In this document: positions 56,847-64,000 of the stretch, piece by piece
Layout: the number at the start of each line of letters is the position of its first letter
Position numbering within the stretch: position 1 is the first letter of the stretch
From: Flavobacteriales bacterium
GTDB lineage: Bacteria; Bacteroidota; Bacteroidia; Flavobacteriales_F; PHOS-HE28
Direction of reading: 5' to 3'
NCBI GenBank assembly: GCA_044226515.1
Contig: JBGAGX010000001.1
Coordinates: 19,321 to 83,320 of the forward strand
Length of the DNA: 64,000 nt
The notes under the pieces: generated by a model
Told to the model about the DNA's origin: nothing
Databases searched by the model: none
Seen by the model: the letters and a program-made list of their open reading frames with translations, nothing else
Position numbers and translations under genes: made by a program

Positions 56847-59800
56847 TGTCCTTGCCCACCATACGGCCCCCTTTCCTGCTCAACCGCATCACGGGCATGC
56901 TCCTGGCCGTGGCGGTGCCCCTTCTCGGCCTGGGCCAGGGCGGCGACCAGCAACTTCGGGCGAAGGCCGACGGGCTCTTCGCTGCCGGGCAGTACGCCGA
57001 GGCCTACCCGCTCTACTCCCAGCTGGTGAGCCTTACCCCCGGCGACCGCGACCTGAACTACCGGTTCGGGGCGTGCACCCTGTATGGAGGCGATGACAAG
57101 GAGAAGGCCATCGGGCACCTGCGCTTCGCCTGTGAGTCGCCCACCATCGCACCGCTCGCCCATTACTTCCTCGGGCGCTCCTACCACCTGGCCTACCGGT
57201 TCAACGAGGCCCTGGCGGCCTACGAACGCTTCAAGGGCACGGCCGACAAGAAGATCCTGGCCCAGTTCCCCGTGGACGCGCTGGAACAGCAGTGCCGCAA
57301 CGGGCAACAGCTCCTCAGCAACCTGAAGGACATCGATGTGCACAGCAAGCTCGAGGTGGACGCCTCGGAGTTCTTCCGCTTCTACGATCTCAGCGGCATC
57401 GGGGGGCGCATCGTGGTGACACCGGATGAACTTCGCACTTCGCTCGACAAGAAGGCGGGGGCGCGATCGCTCATCTACCTGCCGGAGAAGGGCGGCCCCA
57501 TCTACTTCAGCAGCCTCGGCAAGGATGGTCGCACGGGCAAGGACATCTACCGCACCGAGCTGCTGCCCACCGGCCAGTTCGCCGAGCCCACCAAGCTCGC
57601 CGGCTACGTGAACACCGACCAGGACGAGGATTATCCCTTCCTCACGGCCGAAGGCAAGTACTTCTATTTCGCATCGAAGGGGCACAACAGCATGGGCGGG
57701 TACGATGTTTTCCGCGCGTCGTACGACAAGGGGCTCGATGTGTTCGGTGCGCCGGAGAACCTCGACTTCGCGGTGAACACGCCGGACGATGACATCCTGT
57801 ACATGGTCGACCCCGAGGGGCGCGAGGCCTGCTTCGCGAGCGGGCGCAGCAGCCACCAGGGCAAGCTGCACGTGTACCGCGTGAGCACCACGCAGACCCC
57901 CGTGAACATCACGGTGCTGAAGGGCACCTTCGCCTCGGAGCTGGATGCCAGCGACCGCAAGGCGCACATCACGGTGGAGGATGCGATGACCCGGGAACGC
58001 GTGGCGGAAGTACGCACGGACATGAACGGGAACTACGTGCTCGCGCTGCCACGGAGCGGGCGTTACCGGTTCATGGTGGAGGCCGGGCCCGGTGGCCGCA
58101 CGCACGTGGGCTACGTGGAAGTGCCCCGCAGCGACGCTCCTCGAGCCTACCGTCAGGAGATGAGCCTGGTGGCGCAGGCCGACCAGGAGAAGCTCACCAT
58201 CCGCAACTACTTCGACGAGCCCTTGAGCGAGGACCTCATCGCGCTCGCGCTCGACGAGATCAAGCGCCGCGCCCAGCTCGATGTGGGCACGACCACGGTG
58301 GTGGCTCAGCAACCGCCACCCGCCGCCACAGGCGATGTGATGACGCAGGCGGGCTTCACGGGCGATGTGACCAAGGAGGCCGCCGTGGAGCTGGCGCGCA
58401 ACGACGCCGCGGAGCTGGACCGGCAGGCCGCCGACCTGAAGGCGATGAGCGATGCCGCCTACAGCATCGCACTGGAGAACGCGGCAGCCAGCGAGCGGCT
58501 CGCCACCGAGGCCAACTCCCTGGTGGCCCAGGCCTCGTCCACCACGGATGAGACCCAGCGGAACGCGTTGATGACCGAAGCGGCCCGCAAGCGCCAGGCC
58601 TCACGCATGGCCAACCTGCGGGCCCGTTCGGCCTACACCACCGGTCAGGACCTGGACAAGGACCACATGGCCACGGCCCAGCGTGCTGCGCAGGCGTCGA
58701 AGCTGGCGACCGATCTGGGCACCGCGGTGAAGGCCAACGACGACCAGCGGGCGTTGAAGGAGCTCACGGCCCTGAAGACGAGGCTCGACGAGAAGAACGG
58801 TCCGGACGGGTCGCTCACGGCGGCCGAGAAGGCGCGGCGTGCGGCCACCGAGGTGGACAAGGAAGGGGCCAGGGCCGTGCAGGCGGCGCAGAGCAAGAGC
58901 GCGGAGGAGAGCGAGCTCGTGGACCGCATCAACCGCTTGAAGCGGGAGCAGGCCGGAGCAGGTGCACGTTCCAAGAAGGAGGAGCTCGGCCGCGAGATCG
59001 CCCAGTACGAAGAGCAATTGGGCTACCTGCGCGAAGAGGTGGCCACGGCCGTGGCGCATTCCAAGGCCGCCGAGGAGCGCAGTGCGGTGGCGAAGGGAGA
59101 GGCGCAGCTCACCCGGTACCTCAGCAACGAAGGCAGGGCGCTGCCCACCACGGAGCTCGACAAGGAACGGGTGGGGGCGCTCGGTCAGAAGATCGCCGGC
59201 AACGACACGCGCATCGCCTCCATCGCGGTGGATGAACGGTACGATGCGGACATCGCCGAGGAGACCCGCGCGGCCAGCGCCCGTACCTTCGATTGGGGGG
59301 GCACCAGCACGGTGGACCTGATGGCCGCCACACAGACGGCCACGCGCACCAACACCGGAGCGGGTACGGAGGCCGGAGGCGGAGCAACGACCACGCAACA
59401 GGCAACAGGCGGGGCCGGCCAGGACCGACCGGTGACCGACGGCAGTGCCGGTGCCGGTGGCGAGCTTGCCGTCACCAGCGGGCAACAGGCCTCCGAGCAG
59501 ACCCAGGGCGGTGTCGAGCTGAACGCGACCGAACGTCCCTCCACGCCACAGGGCGGGGCGGGAACCGCACAACCCGCAGGGACGACCAACGCCGCGCTCG
59601 CCAACGATGGCGGCAAGACCGCTGCAGGGACCAGCGATGCGGGTGCGGCCTTGCTCGCCGCTGGTGCGGGAGGTGAACGGGCGGTGAACGGAGGGCAGGA
59701 GAACGCGCCTCCCACCGGAACGGGGACCACGGGCGAACAGGTTGCGGCACGCACCGGTGAAGAGATCGTCTCCATGCGCGGGGTGGGCGACGTGGCCGAT

Positions 59801-62800
59801 GGATCGGGCGAGCAGGCCTTCATGCAGGCGAATGAGCTCGCCGAACTGAAGCAGTTGCGCCAGGCCGAGCGTGACCGTGCGCGACGCGACAGCCTCGACC
59901 AACGCATCACCGCGCTTGAGCAACGGATGGCCAGCACGGCGCAGCAGGCCGCCACCGCACAGGAGCCCTCTTCCCCGGAGGAGCCTCCCGATGGTGCGGC
60001 CCGCTCGTTCGAGGCGGCCGCGGGTTCCGAGGTCATCGAGCGCATGCTCTTCCCCGACTACCCGGAGGACCGCGCTCGCATCGGCAGCGCAACGCTAACG
60101 GCGCAACAACGCACCCAGGGCCTTCATGGGCTTGAACTGATGCTCATGGACAGCATCGATGCGGAGACCACCCGCCAGTTGAACCTGCTGGAGGCGGAGC
60201 CCGGTCGCGCCGGGGAGGTGCTGCCTCGTGTGGACCGGCTGCGCCGCCTGAAGGAGGAGCATGCGTCCCGTGCCGAGGCCATCCTGGCCGGCAACGACCA
60301 GCAATACGCCACCACCGAGACACGCGCGCTCGAACAGCAGGTGCAGGCCGGGGTGGACGCGAAGCACGTCGAGCAGCAGGAGGCCGGTGCGGAACGGCCT
60401 TCCACCACCTCGCACGTGGACCGGTACGTGAGCGTGCCGGAAAGCCCGGAGTACATCTACGAGAGCGTGGTGGAGCACCGCGCTCCTGCGGTGAAGAGCG
60501 CTGTGGCCGAGAAGGACCGGGACCTGGAGCGCATCGTGGTGCTCGGCGACGAGATCGACTCGCTGGAGACCGTGCTGGAGTCGATGCCGCGCGGCAAGGA
60601 GTACGACAAGCTGCGGGACCGCACCGACCGCAAGATCGACGAGGAGATGGTGCTGCGCACGGAACTGGGGCAGCGCATGGCCTACATCAGCAGGGAGGAG
60701 TACAAGGCCGGAAGGGACAGCCTGCAGCGCGTGGTGGCCGGTGTTTCGGCGAAGGGCATCCCGCCGAGCGACCCGCTGGTGCTCCTGGCGGGCGAGCTGG
60801 ACCGCTCGGCCCGTGCGCAGTTCGATGCCGCGCAGGCGAAGCGTCGTCAGGCCGATCGCCTGGAGGACATCGTGAAGCGCGATGACCTTTACAGGCAGGC
60901 CTACCAGGAGGAGCTGCTCGCCCTGCGCGACCTCGACAAGGCCATCACCGTCAACAATTATGTGCTCAGCGCACAGCACGTCACCGGCGAGAGCCTTGAC
61001 TATGCGCAGGTGGAGCAGCGTCTGTTCGGCACCGCGGACAACGGCGATGTCGCGGTCAGTGGAGGCCTTACCGAGACCGGTGTGGCGTCGCTGCCTCCGG
61101 ACAGTGCCAAGGCCCTTGCGGCCCGGGAGCGACTTGCCGACCTGTCGCGCTACAACGCTTTCCTTGGTGAGGAGAACGGTCAGGTCAGCCCCTCCGAGAT
61201 GCGCTCGCTCGATGTGAGCGCGTTGGCGCTCGACGGTCGGCAGGCCCGCGAGGAGGCGCAACGGCTGGAGCAACGCTCCGTGGCGCTTTCGGACCTGGCC
61301 CTGGCGAAGCGCGACAGCGTGGCCACGGCGAAGCGCCGTGACAAGGAGCGCCTGGAGAAAGAGTCCGTGCGCCTCCAACTGGATTCGGATTCCCTGCACC
61401 AGGCCTCGCTGGCCATGGAGCGCAAGGCCCAGGAACTGGAGCTGCTGCAGCGCAACGCCGAAGAGGCGCGGGCCTTCGAGGAGCGATTGAAGAAGTACTA
61501 CTACCTGGGCACTGAGGACCAGCTGATGGTGATGAGCGAGACCGATCACAGCCGCTACTTCATGGCCCGTACCCGTTCGATGGAGCAGCAGCAGCAGGCC
61601 GACCTGGCGCGGCAGGAGGCGGTCGCGAGCAAGCAGCTGGCCGATACGCTCCTCGTGCAGGCCACCTCCCTGCTGGCCGCTCCTGACCTGCCCGATGGCC
61701 GCGTGAGCGAACAGCGCCTGGCGCAGGCCAAGCGGTTGAACGACCGGGCGGTCGAGCTGAACCAACGCGCCGATTCGCTGAGCGGTGCCGCCCAACGCCT
61801 CAAGAGCGCCGGTGAGCTGAACGACCGGCAGGCGGCGGTGCTCCTGCAGGGCATGGCCCCCGAGCGCAGCACGGGCATCATGGCGCTGGAGCAGCGCTCC
61901 CGACGCACCGACCCCCTCATCGCCGAGTCGCGCGCGCTCATCGCGCAGGTCGATTCGATCAAGGCGCGTGAACTGGCCCTTGCGCAGGCACAAGGCCGCG
62001 CCACCCAGCGCCCGGTCGACGCGGCCGTGCAACAGCCGGGCGGTGATGGCGGACGGACCACCGCGTCCACCGAGCGACCGGCCGGCACCACCACCGCGCA
62101 GGCGCCGCGCACCGGGGCTGATACGGGAAGCAGCGGCGAGCGGCCCGTGGACGCCGCCGGGCGGCCTACGCCCGAGCCTGTTCCGCCGCCTGCCGGTGCC
62201 TTCGTGGCGCCGGAGGTCCTGGAGAACGACATCTTCGGCGTGCGCCCGGCGGGTTCCGCGGTGCAGCCCATCGCCATCGACCAACCCATGCCCAAGGGGG
62301 TGGTGTTCAAGGTGCAGATCGGGGCGTTCAAGAACGAGATCCCGAAGGAGCTCTTCAACGACCTTGGCCCGGTGACGGGGGAGACCACCGCCAACGGTGT
62401 GGTGCGCTATTCCGCCGGTCTGTTCACCACGCCCGAAGCGGCCGAGCGGGCCCGCACCATCGTGCGGGAGCGCGGCTACCGCGATGCCTTCGTGGTGGCG
62501 TACGAGGAAGGCAGGCGAGTGCCTCTGGCCCAGGCGGTGCGCGCCATGCAGCCGCTTCCCGCCACCGCTGTGGTGCAGCAGCCGGCGCCCGACCGCCCCG
62601 CGGCCGTCATCCAGGCGCCCACCACGGCCGTGCAGCCTGTTGATGAGGCCCAGGTGCTGGCCAGCTATCCGGCCACCGCCGAGGAACTGCTGAAGCAGTT
62701 CGCGCCGCCCGCCGATGCCGCGTCCTACTACAACGTCCCGGGTGCCGCTCCGGCGCGCCAGGTGGAGACCGTGAAGGGCCTGTTCTTCACGGTGCAGGTG

Positions 62801-63079
62801 GGCGTGTACAGCAAGCCCACGGCCCTCGACAAGCTCTTCAACATCACGCCGCTCAACAGCGAACGCACCGAAACGGGCAAGATCCGCTACACCACGGGCG
62901 TGTTCCTCGACCTGGACAAGGCCCGGGGGCGGAAGGACGAAGCCGTGGTGCTGGGGGTGAAGGACGCCTTCATCACCGCCTACCTCAACGGCAAGCGCAT
63001 CCCCATGCGCGACGCCCGGGCCCTGCTGCAGAAGTTCGGTCCCAGTGTGCTGGCCGATCCGTCCATCGCCACGCCGTGA
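56846..63079 (+). CDS. giant envelope protein: signal peptide - TPR - PD40/TolB-like beta-propeller - CarboxypepD_reg-like - about 1300-aa Ala/Glu/Arg/Gln-rich coiled-coil/disordered region - two C-terminal SPOR domains
   Basis: ATG overlaps the plsY stop (TGATG). N-terminal TPR-like helices. PD40-like repeats (IYFSSLGKDGRTGKDIYRT…YFYFASKGHNSMGGYDVFRAS). CRD (ITVLKGTFASELDASDRKAHITVEDAMTRERVAEVRTDMNGNYVLALPRSGRYRFMVEA). Two SPOR-like units (KGVVFKVQIGAFKNEIPKELF…AYEEGRRVPL and KGLFFTVQVGVYSKPTALDKLF…AYLNGKRIPM). Confidence 0.8.
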   Translation: MSLPTIRPPFLLNRITGMLLAVAVPLLGLGQGGDQQLRAKADGLFAAGQYAEAYPLYSQLVSLTPGDRDLNYRFGACTLYGGDDKEKAIGHLRFACESPTIAPLAHYFLGRSYHLAYRFNEALAAYERFKGTADKKILAQFPVDALEQQCRNGQQLLSNLKDIDVHSKLEVDASEFFRFYDLSGIGGRIVVTPDELRTSLDKKAGARSLIYLPEKGGPIYFSSLGKDGRTGKDIYRTELLPTGQFAEPTKLAGYVNTDQDEDYPFLTAEGKYFYFASKGHNSMGGYDVFRASYDKGLDVFGAPENLDFAVNTPDDDILYMVDPEGREACFASGRSSHQGKLHVYRVSTTQTPVNITVLKGTFASELDASDRKAHITVEDAMTRERVAEVRTDMNGNYVLALPRSGRYRFMVEAGPGGRTHVGYVEVPRSDAPRAYRQEMSLVAQADQEKLTIRNYFDEPLSEDLIALALDEIKRRAQLDVGTTTVVAQQPPPAATGDVMTQAGFTGDVTKEAAVELARNDAAELDRQAADLKAMSDAAYSIALENAAASERLATEANSLVAQASSTTDETQRNALMTEAARKRQASRMANLRARSAYTTGQDLDKDHMATAQRAAQASKLATDLGTAVKANDDQRALKELTALKTRLDEKNGPDGSLTAAEKARRAATEVDKEGARAVQAAQSKSAEESELVDRINRLKREQAGAGARSKKEELGREIAQYEEQLGYLREEVATAVAHSKAAEERSAVAKGEAQLTRYLSNEGRALPTTELDKERVGALGQKIAGNDTRIASIAVDERYDADIAEETRAASARTFDWGGTSTVDLMAATQTATRTNTGAGTEAGGGATTTQQATGGAGQDRPVTDGSAGAGGELAVTSGQQASEQTQGGVELNATERPSTPQGGAGTAQPAGTTNAALANDGGKTAAGTSDAGAALLAAGAGGERAVNGGQENAPPTGTGTTGEQVAARTGEEIVSMRGVGDVADGSGEQAFMQANELAELKQLRQAERDRARRDSLDQRITALEQRMASTAQQAATAQEPSSPEEPPDGAARSFEAAAGSEVIERMLFPDYPEDRARIGSATLTAQQRTQGLHGLELMLMDSIDAETTRQLNLLEAEPGRAGEVLPRVDRLRRLKEEHASRAEAILAGNDQQYATTETRALEQQVQAGVDAKHVEQQEAGAERPSTTSHVDRYVSVPESPEYIYESVVEHRAPAVKSAVAEKDRDLERIVVLGDEIDSLETVLESMPRGKEYDKLRDRTDRKIDEEMVLRTELGQRMAYISREEYKAGRDSLQRVVAGVSAKGIPPSDPLVLLAGELDRSARAQFDAAQAKRRQADRLEDIVKRDDLYRQAYQEELLALRDLDKAITVNNYVLSAQHVTGESLDYAQVEQRLFGTADNGDVAVSGGLTETGVASLPPDSAKALAARERLADLSRYNAFLGEENGQVSPSEMRSLDVSALALDGRQAREEAQRLEQRSVALSDLALAKRDSVATAKRRDKERLEKESVRLQLDSDSLHQASLAMERKAQELELLQRNAEEARAFEERLKKYYYLGTEDQLMVMSETDHSRYFMARTRSMEQQQQADLARQEAVASKQLADTLLVQATSLLAAPDLPDGRVSEQRLAQAKRLNDRAVELNQRADSLSGAAQRLKSAGELNDRQAAVLLQGMAPERSTGIMALEQRSRRTDPLIAESRALIAQVDSIKARELALAQAQGRATQRPVDAAVQQPGGDGGRTTASTERPAGTTTAQAPRTGADTGSSGERPVDAAGRPTPEPVPPPAGAFVAPEVLENDIFGVRPAGSAVQPIAIDQPMPKGVVFKVQIGAFKNEIPKELFNDLGPVTGETTANGVVRYSAGLFTTPEAAERARTIVRERGYRDAFVVAYEEGRRVPLAQAVRAMQPLPATAVVQQPAPDRPAAVIQAPTTAVQPVDEAQVLASYPATAEELLKQFAPPADAASYYNVPGAAPARQVETVKGLFFTVQVGVYSKPTALDKLFNITPLNSERTETGKIRYTTGVFLDLDKARGRKDEAVVLGVKDAFITAYLNGKRIPMRDARALLQKFGPSVLADPSIATP

Positions 63080-63119
63080 CCCTCACCGGCGTATTTTTAC
63101 GCCCTATTCCCACGAGCCC

Positions 63120-63401
63120 ATGGCCCACCTGTTCTCGCCCGAGGAGGCGCTGCTCGACGAGGTGCTCTACGAGAGCGGACCTGTACGGGAGCTCATCCTG
63201 CACAACGACGACGTGAACACCTTCGACCACGTGATCGAATCCCTGGTGGAGATCTGCGGGCACGATCCCATCCAGGCGGAGCAGTGCGCGTGGATCGTGC
63301 ATTACAAGGGCAAGTGCAGCGTGAAGCGCGGCACCTTCGACAACTTGGAACCGCGTTGCACCGCGCTGCAGGACCGCGGGCTCAGCGCCTCCATCCAGTG
63401 A
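63120..63401 (+). CDS. clpS: ATP-dependent Clp protease adaptor ClpS
   Basis: Met26 of ORF 63045..63401 begins MAHLFSPEEALLDEVLYESGPVRELILHNDDVNTFDHVIESLVEICGHDPIQAEQCAWIVHYKGKCSV, the ClpS core. Confidence 0.85.
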   Translation: MAHLFSPEEALLDEVLYESGPVRELILHNDDVNTFDHVIESLVEICGHDPIQAEQCAWIVHYKGKCSVKRGTFDNLEPRCTALQDRGLSASIQ

Positions 63402-63403
63402 CG

Positions 63404-64000
63404 ATGACACGCCGCGGACGTATCGCCACGGTGCTGGCCGTCATCGTGCTGGCCACCGCCTGCGCCAAGGTGCCGATCACGGGCCGCCGCCAGTTGAGCC
63501 TGGTGAGCGAGGGTGAGATGATGGGCATGGCCCTCACACAGTACCAGCAATTCCTGTCGGAGAACCCTCCGTTGCCCGCGAGCGACCCGCGCGTGCAGAT
63601 GGTGCGCCGCATCGGCGACCGCCTGGCGAAGGCCGCCACCACCTACCTCACGGACAACCACGCGGCCGACCGCGTCGCCGGCTTCCAGTGGGAGTTCAAC
63701 GTGGTGGATGACAGGACGGTGAACGCCTGGTGCATGCCGGGGGGCAAGGTGGTGGTGTACACGGGCATCCTTCCGGTGACCCAGGACGAGGCGAGCCTGG
63801 CGGTGGTGATGGGGCACGAGATCGCCCATGCCATCGCCCGCCATGGCAGCGAGCGCATGAGCCAGGCCATGGCCGTGGAAGGGGCGGGGATCACGCTGGA
63901 GGTGCTCACCGCGCAGAAGCCGGGGTATGCCAGCGACCTCTTCATGCAGAGCTATGGCATCGGCTCGCAGCTGGGCATGCTCGCCTACAGCCGCAAGCAC
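63404..64000 (+). CDS. M48-family zinc metallopeptidase lipoprotein (BepA/LoiP/YcaL-like), C-terminally truncated by window edge
   Basis: My own translation from the ATG at about 63404 reads MTRRGRIATVLAVIVLATACAKVPITGRRQL (lipobox LATAC) …VVMGHEIAHAIARHGSERMSQ (HExxH). It stays open to 64000 and is not in the ORF track because it has no stop. Confidence 0.8.
   Translation, partial: MTRRGRIATVLAVIVLATACAKVPITGRRQLSLVSEGEMMGMALTQYQQFLSENPPLPASDPRVQMVRRIGDRLAKAATTYLTDNHAADRVAGFQWEFNVVDDRTVNAWCMPGGKVVVYTGILPVTQDEASLAVVMGHEIAHAIARHGSERMSQAMAVEGAGITLEVLTAQKPGYASDLFMQSYGIGSQLGMLAYSRKH

Noticed and set aside
1-64000. tRNA, rRNA, IS elements, integrases
   Set aside because: No intergenic gap exceeds about 190 nt, none shows cloverleaf-like GC-rich arms, and no transposase- or integrase-like ORF was recognised on either strand.

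Overview
High-GC (~68%) Bacteroidota chromosomal segment with about 48 protein-coding genes on both strands and no rRNA, tRNA, CRISPR array or transposase that I could find. The phylum call rests on T9SS type-A C-terminal sorting domains, a CHU_C gliding-motility C-terminal domain, TAnnTTTG-like -7 promoter motifs and the absence of Shine-Dalgarno sequences. Housekeeping genes (rimO, bshC, guaA, hemF, cphA/cphB, rplS-trmD, folP, tpiA, prmA, plsY, clpS) are interspersed with many secreted or T9SS-cargo proteins. These include a PNGase F-like glycanase, a 1.8-kaa repeat adhesin with a near-perfect 411-bp internal tandem duplication, a 2077-aa TPR/PD40/CarboxypepD_reg/coiled-coil/2xSPOR envelope protein, two convergent membrane-anchored class III nucleotidyl cyclases, and a three-member family of small secreted CarboxypepD_reg-like proteins. 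One ~0.9-kb segment (49.15-50.07 kb) has sharply lower GC and looks like an inserted island. Because of the high GC content, long antisense ORFs are pervasive in the supplied ORF track and I reject them. Two genes run off the window edges and were missed by the ORF track: 1..962 on the minus strand and 63404..64000 on the plus strand. Coordinates of coding features are derived from ORF-track arithmetic. Coordinates of small non-coding motifs may be off by 1-2 nt.
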